64,000 bases of DNA from an uncultured Gemmatimonadales bacterium (lineage in GTDB: Bacteria > Gemmatimonadota > Gemmatimonadetes > Longimicrobiales > Longimicrobiaceae), in NCBI GenBank assembly GCA_963716255.1, contig OY970303.1, positions 96,001 to 160,000 on the forward strand, written 5' to 3'. The translations under genes and the position numbers were made by a program. Below the pieces are notes generated by a model. The model saw nothing but the letters and a program-made list of their open reading frames with translations, ran no database searches and had not been told where the DNA came from. Below, in pieces: positions 50,846 to 61,053 of the stretch (its first letter is position 1; each line of letters begins with the position of its first letter).

Positions 50846-52099
50846 CTACGCCGCCGAGTGCGCCGTCGCCTGGAACTCCGCGCACAGCGCGTGCACCTCG
50901 TCGTCCGAAAACGTGTGGTCGCAGCGCTTTGCCGCCTCGAACACGTGGCTGCTGAGCCGGTCGTCCGACACGTCGTACCCGTGCTGCACCAGCCAGTAGC
51001 GCACGTTGCTGATGCCGCTCATGTGCGACACCTCGATGCGCTGCCGCAGCCCGAACAGCCCCGCCGGCACCCCCGAGTACACCCGGTCCGCCAGCCAGGC
51101 GTCGCCCTTGGACTCGGCCTTGATGATGGCGGCGGCGTGCACCCCCGTGGCCGTGCGGAAGGCGTCCGACCCGAAGACGGGCCAGTTGTACGGCAGCGGC
51201 ACCTGGCAGGCCTCCGCCACCAGCTCCACGTACTCGCCCAGGCGCGACAGGTCGGGGGCGTGCAGCCCCATCAGCTTGAGGTTCACCAGCAGCAGGTCCA
51301 TCTCGGTGTTGCCGCAGCGCTCGCCCACGCCCAGGCCGGTCGCGTGAACGCGGTGCGCGCCCTCGTCGATGGCGGCCAGCGTGTTGGGGATGGCGAGGCC
51401 GCGGTCCCGGTGCCCGTGCCAGTCGATCTTCACGTCCTCGCCGCTGGGCTCCACGATCTCCTCGCGGACGAAGCGCACCAGCCGGCGCACCCCCTGGGGC
51501 GTGGCGTGGCCCACCGTGTCCGCCAGGCACAGGCGGCGCGCGCCGCAGCGGATGGCCGTGCCGTACAGCGCCCGGAGCGTCTCGGGGTCGGCGCGGGTCG
51601 TGTCCTCGGTGACGTACATCACCGGCAGCCCCTCGCGCACCGCGAAGCTCACCGCCTCCTCGGTCGCGCGGAGCATGCGGTCCAGCGTCCAGTCCTCGGC
51701 GTACTGGCGGATGGGCGAGGAGCCGATGAAGGTGGCCACCTCGATGGGGATCCCCACCCGCTGCGACACCTCCACGATGGGGCGCACGTCGGCGATCACC
51801 GTGCGCGCGGCGCAGTTGGCGGAGATGGGGAGGCGGGCTTCGGCGATCTCGCGCGCCAGCACCTCCACGTCCTGCACGGCGCGCGGGCCGGCGCCCGGGA
51901 GCCCGATGTCCGCCGCCTGGATCCCCAGCCCAGCCATGAGGTGGAGGAGCTGTACCTTGTCCTCGATGCGGGGATCGGTGACGGACGGGGACTGGAGCCC
52001 GTCGCGCAGCGTCTCGTCGTCCAGCTCGACCGTGCGGATACTCGTGGAGTCCTGGCCCGGTGCGGTGTTCCAATCGAAGATCAGGTCGCGCTCGAGCAT
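50846..52099 (-). CDS. 2-isopropylmalate/homocitrate synthase family (DRE-TIM), no regulatory domain
   Basis: DETLRDGLQSP, EDTTRAD, LADTVG, HGHRDRGLA, GVGERCGN. Confidence 0.88.
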   Translation of the reverse strand: MLERDLIFDWNTAPGQDSTSIRTVELDDETLRDGLQSPSVTDPRIEDKVQLLHLMAGLGIQAADIGLPGAGPRAVQDVEVLAREIAEARLPISANCAARTVIADVRPIVEVSQRVGIPIEVATFIGSSPIRQYAEDWTLDRMLRATEEAVSFAVREGLPVMYVTEDTTRADPETLRALYGTAIRCGARRLCLADTVGHATPQGVRRLVRFVREEIVEPSGEDVKIDWHGHRDRGLAIPNTLAAIDEGAHRVHATGLGVGERCGNTEMDLLLVNLKLMGLHAPDLSRLGEYVELVAEACQVPLPYNWPVFGSDAFRTATGVHAAAIIKAESKGDAWLADRVYSGVPAGLFGLRQRIEVSHMSGISNVRYWLVQHGYDVSDDRLSSHVFEAAKRCDHTFSDDEVHALCAEFQATAHSAA

Positions 52100-52380
52100 T
52101 CGATCCTCATAGGCTCGTGGAGGCAGGCACGGGCGCGCACCGGAGGCGACACGCAGTGCCGGGAGTGGCCGTGGAGCGGAGGCGGGGATGGGCCCCACGG
52201 GATCGCGCGCCCGTAACATACCATTCCCCCAGCGTTTGTGAAACCCGATACTTGACGACGCGGAACGCACGTTTCCCGCTCCGGGACTTGCCGGGGCGCG
52301 TCTTCCGCGGCCACCTGATTGACAGGCGGCGGGGCCGCGAGCATGATTCCGCACCCCGGAACGTTCCCGAAGCGGAGCCC

Positions 52381-53592
52381 ATGCAGCTGAACGTCCTGCT
52401 CGCCCACCGCGCCGTCGGCCACGCGCGCGCACGCATCCACGAGACCGACGCCGAGACGCTGCGCGAGCAGGTGGAGCTGGTGCGCGTTCCCGCGCCCTCG
52501 TTCGCGGAGGAGGAGCGCGGCGCCCGGGTCCGCGCCCGCTTCGCGGAGCTTGGGCTGGAAGAGGTGCGCACGGACGAGGTGGGCAACGTGCTCGCCGTGC
52601 TCCCGGGCGCCGCCGACCCCGCCGCGCCGCCGGTGGTCCTGTCGGCGCACCTGGACACCGTGTTCCCCGCGGGGACGGATCTCACGCCGCGGCAAGAGGG
52701 CGACCGGGTGTACGCGCCGGGGATCACCGACAACACCCGTGGGCTGGCCGCGATGCTGGCGGTGGCGCGGGTGCTGGCGGAGGCGCGCATCCGCACCGTG
52801 CGCCCGCTGCTTTTCGCCGCCACCGTGGGCGAGGAGGGGATCGGCGACCTGCGGGGGGTGAAGCACCTGTTCCGCGACGGCTCGCCGCTGCGCGCGGCGG
52901 CGGCCTTCCTGTCGCTGGACGGCTCGGGGACCGGCCGCATCGTGCACCGCGCCATCGGCTCGCGGCGGCTGCGGGCCACGGTGCGCGGCCCCGGCGGCCA
53001 TTCCTGGGCCGACCGCGGCGCGCCCAACCCGGTGCAGGCGCTCTCGGCGGCGGTGGTGGCCATCGGCGCGGTGCAGCCGCCCCCGGCGGCGCGCTCGGCG
53101 GTGACGGTGGCGCGCATCGGCGGGGGGACCAGCATCAACTCCATCCCCGCGGAGGCCTGGGCCGAGATCGACCTGCGCAGCGACACGCCGCAGCCGCTGG
53201 CGCGCCTGGAGCTGGAGGTCCGCGCGGCGGTGCAGTCCGCGGTGGACGCCGAGAACCGCGCCCGCGGCCGCGCCCGCCGCGCCCCCCCGCTCGCGGCCGC
53301 CATCGAGACCATCGGCGACCGCCCCTCCGGCCAGACCGACCCCGACTCCGCCCTGGTGCGCGCGGCCGTCGACGTGACCCGCGCCCTGGGCGACCCCCCG
53401 GAGCTCGCCGCTTCCTCCACCGACGCCAACGTCGCCATCTCCCTGGGGATCCCCGCCGTCACCATCGGCGCCGGCGGCGAATCGGGCGGCGTGCACACGC
53501 TGGGCGAGTGGTACTCCAACCGCGGCGGCGCGCGAGGCATCGAGCGCGCCCTCCTGATCGCCCTCGCCGTGGCCGGCGTGGCGGACGACTAG
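52381..53592 (+). CDS. M20/M25/M40 family metallopeptidase
   Basis: SAHLDTVF, GITDN, VGEEG, GPGGHSW, SSTDAN, HTLGEW. Confidence 0.9.
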   Translation: MQLNVLLAHRAVGHARARIHETDAETLREQVELVRVPAPSFAEEERGARVRARFAELGLEEVRTDEVGNVLAVLPGAADPAAPPVVLSAHLDTVFPAGTDLTPRQEGDRVYAPGITDNTRGLAAMLAVARVLAEARIRTVRPLLFAATVGEEGIGDLRGVKHLFRDGSPLRAAAAFLSLDGSGTGRIVHRAIGSRRLRATVRGPGGHSWADRGAPNPVQALSAAVVAIGAVQPPPAARSAVTVARIGGGTSINSIPAEAWAEIDLRSDTPQPLARLELEVRAAVQSAVDAENRARGRARRAPPLAAAIETIGDRPSGQTDPDSALVRAAVDVTRALGDPPELAASSTDANVAISLGIPAVTIGAGGESGGVHTLGEWYSNRGGARGIERALLIALAVAGVADD

Positions 53593-53601
53593 GCCGACGG
53601 C

Positions 53602-53630
53602 GGGCCCTCCCCCGGCTCGCTCGAGGCTCG
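53602..53630 (+). repeat. Repeat family B, partial copy
   Basis: GGGCCCTCCCCCGGCTCGCTCGAGGCTCG shortly after stop codon. Confidence 0.7.
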
Positions 53631-53787
53631 AACCATGAGCCGACCCCTTTCAGCGGCAAGGCGAGATCTCCCCGGGCAACAACTGGAATCGTCCCCGCGA
53701 CTCAGCACCTCGCCGTTCGCCCGGGTCGCCACGGCCGACTTCCCCGAGGACTTTCACCTCCAGGCTCCGCCCATGCCGGGCACACAA

Positions 53788-53824
53788 GCCGAGCCCCGGC
53801 AGCGATTTCCGCTGCCGGGGCTTC
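53788..53824. terminator. Hairpin between convergent genes
   Basis: GAGCCCCGGCAGCG-ATTTC-CGCTGCCGGGGCTT. Confidence 0.5.
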
Positions 53825-53936
53825 GTCGTCCTACGCCGGTTGGGAGTACCTCGTGGTAGGTTCACGCCGCGAGGCGATCCAGCGAATCGAGCAGGACGAG
53901 GATGGCCGGGCTGCGGCCCTGCCGGGGGACTACCGG

Positions 53937-55337
53937 TCACTCCCGGCGTGCCAGCGGCGGCGGGCGGTGCAGCCATACCTCGTAGATCTTGTCGCTGGCG
54001 AAGGTGGGGTCGAACTCGCTGGACTGGTCGGCCGTGGCGAAGATCCCGCCGTACATCCACCCCACCCGTACGCTGTCACCCGGCGGCAGCTGGCTGTAGT
54101 CGATCACTTCGTGCGTGCCCGCCACCATGGTCCGGGCCTCGTCGGGCACGAAGGCCGCGTTCGCGCCGCGCCGCCCGGGGAGCCCCTGGCCGGCCGGCTG
54201 CACGACCTCCCGGGTTGAGCCGTCGGCGGCGCGCGCCAGCGTGGTGATCGTCCCCGTCCAGGGCAGGGAATTGTTGATCCCGCCGGGGACCAGGGTCCCG
54301 TTCGCATCGTAGTACCAGCCGCTGATTCCGCCCAGCAGAGTGGTGTACATCGTCTCCGTGCCGGGGTCGTACATCACCACGTGCGCACACTCGTACTGGC
54401 TCATCCGCATGCTGAACGCGGTGTCCAACGCGAACACCGGTGTCCCGCCGCCCGGCGGCACCGTCATGTACATGGGGTTCACCCACGCACCCGAGGTGGG
54501 AGTGAACACGCCGCCGTAGATCGCCAGCCCATGGACGCCGCCGGGCTGCACCGTCGTAACCACGTTCAGGTCGCGCCGGTGCCACTGCGAGTTGGGACCG
54601 CTGCCCGACGGGTCGCCATACGCCTGGTAGTCACGGATCTCGGGCGTGTACGGGGCCGGGAGCGTGAACGTGCGCACCTGCTCGGTATAGATGCCCGTGA
54701 CCCCACCCTTGTAGATCGAGTTGTAGTTGTGCCCCATCACAAGGTAGAAGGTGTCGCCAATCTTCTCGAGCGCGCCGCCCGTCACGCGCATCCGTTCGTC
54801 CGCCCGGGTGGAGATGACGCCGCCAATGCCGCCGAACTCCTGCCGCTTCACGAAGTAGACAAGGGAGGGAAGGGTGATGATGGTGAGGTTCGGATACGTC
54901 TGATAGCACGAAGGCTCGTCGTTGTCACAGGTGCTGCCGTAGCCGCCCACGACGTAGAGAAAGCTGCCGTCCTGGACGTACTGGGTGTTGCTCACCCGCA
55001 GGATCGAGCGGAACTGCGCCGGGAGCGGTGCGCTGTAGGTGCGGCCGGCCGCCATGTCCACTACGTAGATGCTGTCGTTCGCGGTGGAGGTGGGGAAGGT
55101 GCTTTCCCGTGTGCTGGTGCGGTGGAAGCCGTTGCGGCGCCCGCCGATCAGCACCCAGTCGTTGCCGCTCCGCCCCAGGGCGAACGACTGCAGCTTGGGG
55201 GTGCCCGGGGGCGCCGTGATCTCGCGCACGGTGAAGGTGAAGGGGAGCGCGGGGTCCGTCTGCGCGGCCGCGGGGAGCGCCGCCGCCGCGGCCAGCACGG
55301 CGGCCGCCAGCGTGCCGCGGAAGAGGTGGGCGCTCAT
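53937..55337 (-). CDS. Secreted kelch-like beta-propeller protein
   Basis: Signal peptide ending AAA-Q; repeated LIGGR, VVGGYG, VMGHNY, IYGGVF, LLGGIS, MYGGI. Confidence 0.75.
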   Translation of the reverse strand: MSAHLFRGTLAAAVLAAAAALPAAAQTDPALPFTFTVREITAPPGTPKLQSFALGRSGNDWVLIGGRRNGFHRTSTRESTFPTSTANDSIYVVDMAAGRTYSAPLPAQFRSILRVSNTQYVQDGSFLYVVGGYGSTCDNDEPSCYQTYPNLTIITLPSLVYFVKRQEFGGIGGVISTRADERMRVTGGALEKIGDTFYLVMGHNYNSIYKGGVTGIYTEQVRTFTLPAPYTPEIRDYQAYGDPSGSGPNSQWHRRDLNVVTTVQPGGVHGLAIYGGVFTPTSGAWVNPMYMTVPPGGGTPVFALDTAFSMRMSQYECAHVVMYDPGTETMYTTLLGGISGWYYDANGTLVPGGINNSLPWTGTITTLARAADGSTREVVQPAGQGLPGRRGANAAFVPDEARTMVAGTHEVIDYSQLPPGDSVRVGWMYGGIFATADQSSEFDPTFASDKIYEVWLHRPPPLARRE

Positions 55338-57649
55338 CGGAGATCCTCCGGAGAAGACGGGCCTGCCGGCTGCGGCGGCGCGAGGGTGAGCGAGGTGGTG
55401 TCCAGGCCGATCTGGCCGCCGGGGAAGAACTTGCGCGCCCAGGCGTGCAGCAGCTCGCGGCGCGAGGCCGACAGGTCGCGGGTGCGCGGCATGTACTCGG
55501 CCCGGGGCCACCAGCTGAGCTGCGTGCGCTCGTACAGCCGGCGGGCCATTTCCGGATCGTTCCAGTACTCCGGATCATTCAGCGGGATGCGCTGGTTCAT
55601 GGCCGGGTAGAGGAGGTAGTAGTTGCGCAGCACCTCGTTGTACATGGCCTCGAAGGTCAGGTCCGCGTTCCCCACCGGCGGATCGCTGCCGGGCACGTAG
55701 TAGCGGCTATAGTCCACGTTGTTGGGGAGGATGCGCAGGTTGATCATGGGCGCGAACCCCAGCGGCAGGCCACCGTACGCGAGGGGGGGATACAGCCCGT
55801 CGCCGTCGGTCCCCGCGGCCGTGAGGCGGATGCCGCCGAAGCCCGGAGGCGCCGCCTGCCCCTCCACGGTGAAGGTGTAGAGCCGGTTCCCGTTGGCCCC
55901 CGCGTTCACCACCAGGTCCTGCCCGGGACCGAACCCGGAGGCGATCAGGGCGAGCGGGCCGGGGTCCTGGTTGGGGGTGGTGTCGTACTCCCACACCTTC
56001 ACCGGCGGGCAGTCTTCCGCGGCCAGCTCCGCGCCCTTGCGGAACACGCGGATCCGCGAAGGCACCGGGGTCCCGTCGTCGTCGGTGAAGCGGTCGAGCG
56101 TTCCGCCGCCGGGGAGTTGCTCGCCGAAGATGCAGGCCTGGTCGGAGACGACCAGGTACTCCTGCTCCACCAGCAGCTCCGCGTCGCGCGTGACGCCATC
56201 GGCACCCGTCAGCCGGCCCCACAGCGCGAAGGTGCCGGTGTCCAGCAGCGCCTGGGCATCCGCGGAAAGGCCGGAGATGGGAAAGTCGAAGATCCACCCG
56301 GCCAGGTTTCCTGCCCCCGTATCGGTGTAGTTCACCACCCCCACGTCGTGGCGCGTGGCGCCGTCGCCGATGGTGAGGGCGACGGGGCCGAAGGGCCACT
56401 TGACGCAGGTGGTGGTGACCAGCGGGTCGAAGGCGGTGTCGGTCAACTGGTCGGGGAAGGTGCCCGAGAAATCGGCGGAGACCACCCCGGCCACGCGGTT
56501 CACGGTCACCACCGCGGGGCCCAGCTTGTACTGCGGGTCGGCGGGGTTGGCGTTGCCGGTGGCGCCCGGCGCCGGGATGCTTTCCACGGGCACCAGCATC
56601 CGCCCCGCGGGGCACGAGTCCACCTCGTCGCCGTAGGCCGGGGCGATCGTCCCCACCACCTGGATGTAGTCGGGGTTGCGCCCGTTCACCCGCATCAGCT
56701 CCGCCACCTCCGGCAGCGGCATCCCCGGGGTGGGCTGCCCGCCGGGCGCGCTGGGACCGTTCTCGTACAGCTCCTCCATCTTCCCGAACCACGGGCTGTC
56801 CGGGCTCTCCCGGTCGTCGGAGTACTTGAAGGTGTTGATCACCTGCAGCGGCCGGTACAGGTAGTAGTGGAAGACCACGCCGGTGAGCGGCACGCCGCCG
56901 CGCTCGGAGGGAAAGCGCGCGAGCAGCGGGGTGCCGGGCGGCAGCGCCGAGAGAGGGACGATGCTCTGGAACAGGCACCCCGCGCCGTTGGGCCCGCCCA
57001 GGGTGTAGCTGCGCTGGAAGTTGATGAACCGCGTGACCGCCTTGGTGGGAAGGCCGCTCAGCAGCGCCTGGCCGTCCTTCGCCACGGTCAGGAACTGGGT
57101 CATCACCATGCTGGCGGGCACGTCCTCGGCGTTGATGTCCACCAGGACGCCGGTGCTGCGGCCGGTGTCGTCGGGCCGGTTGTTATACGAGACCAGCGCG
57201 CCGATCACCGGGTCCTGCGCCGGGTCGGTGATGGTCTCCCCTGCCCTGGGCACCACGCTCGCCACAGTCACGTCAAGCATGGTCAGTCCCATGTCGCCGT
57301 AGTAGTTCCATTCGCCGGGGATGTACCACACCGCGGCCCCGTCGGTGCGCCGGGCGTCGCCTCCCTCGGCCTTGTTCACCCCGGGAATCCCGGCCTTGAG
57401 CGCCCGCGCGCGGGTCTCGGCTCGGAACTCGCCGCGGCGCCGCGCCCACGCCACCCACTGGTCGTCCGTCATCCCGTAGGTCATCGGCTGCACGTTGGGC
57501 GAGTCGGCCTGGCGCAGCGGGTACATCTCGTAGCCGGGATAGTCCGGCCCCATCACCGCCGAGAAGCTGTAGTCGTCGTTGTTCCCGGTGCCCACGTCCA
57601 CCAGCAGCAGGCCCTGGAAGTGGAACCGGGGGAAGTCGAAGACGCTCAT
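55334..57649 (-). CDS. VioB/RebD-like protein (N-terminal region only)
   Basis: MSVFDFPRFHFQG..TGNND, GEWNYYG, YYLLYPAM, YMPRTRDLS resemble VioB motifs from memory. Confidence 0.6.
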   Translation of the reverse strand: MSVFDFPRFHFQGLLLVDVGTGNNDDYSFSAVMGPDYPGYEMYPLRQADSPNVQPMTYGMTDDQWVAWARRRGEFRAETRARALKAGIPGVNKAEGGDARRTDGAAVWYIPGEWNYYGDMGLTMLDVTVASVVPRAGETITDPAQDPVIGALVSYNNRPDDTGRSTGVLVDINAEDVPASMVMTQFLTVAKDGQALLSGLPTKAVTRFINFQRSYTLGGPNGAGCLFQSIVPLSALPPGTPLLARFPSERGGVPLTGVVFHYYLYRPLQVINTFKYSDDRESPDSPWFGKMEELYENGPSAPGGQPTPGMPLPEVAELMRVNGRNPDYIQVVGTIAPAYGDEVDSCPAGRMLVPVESIPAPGATGNANPADPQYKLGPAVVTVNRVAGVVSADFSGTFPDQLTDTAFDPLVTTTCVKWPFGPVALTIGDGATRHDVGVVNYTDTGAGNLAGWIFDFPISGLSADAQALLDTGTFALWGRLTGADGVTRDAELLVEQEYLVVSDQACIFGEQLPGGGTLDRFTDDDGTPVPSRIRVFRKGAELAAEDCPPVKVWEYDTTPNQDPGPLALIASGFGPGQDLVVNAGANGNRLYTFTVEGQAAPPGFGGIRLTAAGTDGDGLYPPLAYGGLPLGFAPMINLRILPNNVDYSRYYVPGSDPPVGNADLTFEAMYNEVLRNYYLLYPAMNQRIPLNDPEYWNDPEMARRLYERTQLSWWPRAEYMPRTRDLSASRRELLHAWARKFFPGGQIGLDTTSLTLAPPQPAGPSSPEDLR

Positions 57650-57943
57650 GGTGCACCGAGCCGGGTCCGGAGGAGAGGGAGGGATGCCGGAGGCCGCGAC
57701 CGGCAGCGGGTGCCGTTGCGGCTTCGGGGGGGCACCGCACTTCTTTTCCGAAGCATCTGCTACATGATCGGTACGCCGATCCTTTCCGGCAAGAAAACTT
57801 TTGTCTCGAAATCATCTTCCGGCAGACACTTAGGGGAACTGGCGTTTGAAACACCGCTCTTGATCGGACACTCCTCGGTGCCTATCATCGTCCAGCAGCA
57901 GCTCCATCGTCCATCCCCGTCCCCGTCCCCGCGAGGTTCCCCC

Positions 57944-60061
57944 GTGCGCCTCATCCCCGCTCCCCCCGCCCTGGCCGTGCTCGCCGCCCTGGCCGCCGCC
58001 CCGCTCGCCGGGCAGGCCGCGGGCGACACGGCCCGGGCCGACACCGTCCGGACCCATGCGCTGGAGGCGGTGGTGGTGACGGCCGCGCGGGTGCCGGCGC
58101 CGCTTGCCACCTCCACGGCGGCGGTCGCCGTGCTGCCGGGTCCTGCGCTGCGGCGGCTCCCCGCGCGCGGCCTGGGAGACGCCCTGCGCTTCGCGCCGGG
58201 CGTCTCGGTCATCGACGTGGACGGGGCGGGGGGCGACACGCGGATGACCGTGCGCGGCTTCTACGGCGGGGGAGAGGCCGACTACGTGACCCTGCTGGTG
58301 GACGGCAAGCCCGCCGCGGCGCCGCACACCGGCGTGGCCGACTGGGAGCTACTGCCGCTGGCGGCGGTGCGGCAGGTGGAGGTGCTGCGCGGCGGGGCGT
58401 CGTCGCTCTACGGCAACGCCGCGGTGGCGGGCGTGGTGAACGTGATCACCGAGACGAGTCCGGGATCGCGCAGCCTGCGCGCCACGGCGGGCGGTGACGG
58501 CGCGCTGCAGCTTTCCACGGCGGCGGCGGTGCGGGCGGCCGGGAAACCCGTGCGGGGATGGACCAACTTCCTCCGCGCCGACGGATTCCGCGACCACGCG
58601 CGGCGGGAATCGCTGGGCGCGGGGCTCACGGCGGGGGTACTGGAGCGCCCGGAAGCGTCGCTCTCGCTTTCGGCCGTGCACCGGCGCCGGGAGCTGCGCG
58701 ACCCCGGTCCGCTTACCGAGCCCGCGCTGGCCCTCTCACGCACCGGCGCGTCGCCGCTCTACCGCTTCGACCGCACGTCCGAGGCGCTCTCCCGCGTGTC
58801 GCTCGACGCCCGGCGCGAGGCGGGCCGGGCGCGCCTCTCGGGGTACGTGGCGGGTGAGACGCGCGGTGCCGGCGTGACCCGCACCGTGGTGCTCGCGCCA
58901 GACTTCGCCGACACCAAGCGCCGCAACCTGCACGCGCGACGCCTGCTGGCCTCGGTCCAGGCCGACGTGCCCGGGCCGCGTGCCCTGGGGGAGAGCAGGG
59001 TGACGGCGGGGCTCGATGGCGGGGCCGAGTGGATGTCCTCGGACTACTGGGCCCTGCTGGCCGGCAACGCGGATACGTACCGCGCCGCCGCCGCGCCCGG
59101 CGCGGGAACGCGCGACGAGGGAGGCCGCGCCGTGCGGACCGGGGCGGCGGGGTTCGTTCGGTGGGAGCTGCAGCCGGTGGAGCGGGTGCGGGTGTCGCTG
59201 GGAGGACGGCTCGACGGGCTTCGTGACGCGTGGACTCCGCGCGCGCCCTCCACGGCGGAGGCGTCGGAGGCGCGGCACACGGCGTTCAGCCCACGCGGGG
59301 GGGTCAACGCGCAGTATGCACGCACACCGGGGCGCGAGGGGTGGGTGTTCGCCGGCGTGGGGCGCTCGTTCAAGGCGGCCACTCCCGACCAGCTCTTCGA
59401 CCGGCGCACGCTGCCGGTGCCCTTCCCGCCCTTCCGGGTCACCCTCAGCAACCCGGAGCTCCGGCCGCAGCACGGGACGGGGTGGGAGGGCGGCGTGTAC
59501 CAGCGCGCCGCGCTGCCGCGGGCGCTGGAGGCGTGGCTGTCGGTGGCGGCGTACCAGATGGACATGCGCGACGAGCTGGACTTCGACCTGGCCACCCTCC
59601 GCTACGTGAACCTGGGCCGCAGCCGCCACCGCGGCGTGGAGGCGGCGGTGAACCTGGCCGGAGCGGGGGGATGGAGCGCCTTCGCCAACTACACGCTGCA
59701 GCACGCAGTCTCGCGGCTGGGCGAGAGCCGCGGACTGCAGCTCAAGGCGGTCCCGCGGCACACGCTGGTCGCCGGCGTGGACGCGCCGGTGGCGCTGGGC
59801 GCGGCGGGCGCGCTGACGGCGACCCGCGTGCGCGGCGCGTGGCTCGACGACGCCAACACCCGGCGCCTGCCCCCCTGGACGCGGGTGGACGCTCGGCTCA
59901 CCGTTCCCGTGGCCGGGATGCGGCTGTGGGTGGAGGGCTTCAACCTGCTGGACCGCGAGTACAGCACCACGGGCTTCCCTGACTCCGCGGTACCGTCCGT
60001 CTTCTACTACTACCCGGCCGCGGGCCGGTCGCTGCAGCTCGGCCTGGAGGTGGGGCGGTGA
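57944..60061 (+). CDS. TonB-dependent receptor
   Basis: Signal peptide, EAVVVTA TonB box, VRGF, VEVLRGGASSLYG..AGVVNVIT, NLLDREY, GRSLQLGLEV. Confidence 0.92.
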   Translation: MRLIPAPPALAVLAALAAAPLAGQAAGDTARADTVRTHALEAVVVTAARVPAPLATSTAAVAVLPGPALRRLPARGLGDALRFAPGVSVIDVDGAGGDTRMTVRGFYGGGEADYVTLLVDGKPAAAPHTGVADWELLPLAAVRQVEVLRGGASSLYGNAAVAGVVNVITETSPGSRSLRATAGGDGALQLSTAAAVRAAGKPVRGWTNFLRADGFRDHARRESLGAGLTAGVLERPEASLSLSAVHRRRELRDPGPLTEPALALSRTGASPLYRFDRTSEALSRVSLDARREAGRARLSGYVAGETRGAGVTRTVVLAPDFADTKRRNLHARRLLASVQADVPGPRALGESRVTAGLDGGAEWMSSDYWALLAGNADTYRAAAAPGAGTRDEGGRAVRTGAAGFVRWELQPVERVRVSLGGRLDGLRDAWTPRAPSTAEASEARHTAFSPRGGVNAQYARTPGREGWVFAGVGRSFKAATPDQLFDRRTLPVPFPPFRVTLSNPELRPQHGTGWEGGVYQRAALPRALEAWLSVAAYQMDMRDELDFDLATLRYVNLGRSRHRGVEAAVNLAGAGGWSAFANYTLQHAVSRLGESRGLQLKAVPRHTLVAGVDAPVALGAAGALTATRVRGAWLDDANTRRLPPWTRVDARLTVPVAGMRLWVEGFNLLDREYSTTGFPDSAVPSVFYYYPAAGRSLQLGLEVGR

Positions 60062-60131
60062 CCGGCGGGGAGGGGGGCGGGCCTTCGATCCGCCCCGGCC
60101 CCTCGCGTCCATCCCGCCGCGGAGCGCGCAA

Positions 60132-60860
60132 ATGAGGCGCTGCCTCGTGGTCTTCCTGCTGGTCTGCGCCGCCCCGCTGGTGATGTTCGCGGCGGCATCG
60201 GCACTGGGCGTCTCCGTGCTGGACGACCCATCGGCGCTGCCGGGCGGCGGCGGAGCGGGTACCGCGCTGGTCACCACGGGGCTGCTCGTGGCGGACGTGC
60301 TCATCCCCGTTCCCTCCAGCCTGCTGATGATCGCCAACGGGGCGTTCTTCGGCGTCACGGGCGGGACGGCGCTATCGCTGGCCGGAGGGGTGGGCGCGGC
60401 GGCGCTGGGCTGGGCGCTGGGGCGCCGGGGCACGCGCTCGGCGGAGCGCTTCGTCCACGCCGGGGAGAGGGCGCGGGCCGTCGCGCTGGTGGAGCGCTGG
60501 GGCGCGCTGGCGGTGATCGCTTCGCGCCCGGTGCCGATCCTGGCGGAGGCGGTGGCGATCGCCGCCGGGCTGGCCGGGATGCGCTTCGGGCGCCTGGTGG
60601 GCTCCTCGCTCGCGGGAAGCGTTCCCGCGGCCCTCCTGTACGCGCTGACGGGCGCCCACGCCGCGCGGCTGGACAGCGTCCCGCTCGTCTTCGGCCTGGT
60701 GCTGGCGACGGCCGGAGGGGCGTGGTGGATCGGCAGCCGCGCTGGCTCCGGCGAGCGTGCAGGCACGATGTCGACACCGACGTCGCAGCCCAGCGCGGCA
60801 CCGGCCGCACCCGTTCCGGCTCTCCCTCCGCCGGCGCCGGGGCCTTTGCGCAGGCGGTGA
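60132..60860 (+). CDS. VTT/TVP38/DedA-family membrane protein
   Basis: LLVADVLIPVPSS and SRPVPILAE. Confidence 0.85.
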   Translation: MRRCLVVFLLVCAAPLVMFAAASALGVSVLDDPSALPGGGGAGTALVTTGLLVADVLIPVPSSLLMIANGAFFGVTGGTALSLAGGVGAAALGWALGRRGTRSAERFVHAGERARAVALVERWGALAVIASRPVPILAEAVAIAAGLAGMRFGRLVGSSLAGSVPAALLYALTGAHAARLDSVPLVFGLVLATAGGAWWIGSRAGSGERAGTMSTPTSQPSAAPAAPVPALPPPAPGPLRRR

Positions 60861-60913
60861 GGATCCGTGCGAGTGAGGCTGCGGGGAGGGGACCGGGGGA
60901 GGGGGCCCGCCGT

Positions 60914-61045
60914 CGCGTGAGGGATTCCGGCCCGGAGGGGCGAGACCGCGCGGCTGTTTGCGCGGGCTCGACTCCGTTACGCACGGTCGTTTCGTGCGTT
61001 ACGGAGCCGAAGCCCGACCCCGGCGCCAGCCGGGGGCACGCCCGA
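60914..61045 (-). repeat. Repeat family A, copy 9
   Basis: Reverse complement of consensus. Confidence 0.95.
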
Positions 61046-61053
61046 CCCTGCCG

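Noticed and set aside
55334..57649. Violacein or indolocarbazole biosynthetic cluster
   Set aside because: Only one partial VioB-like gene; no partner genes in the window
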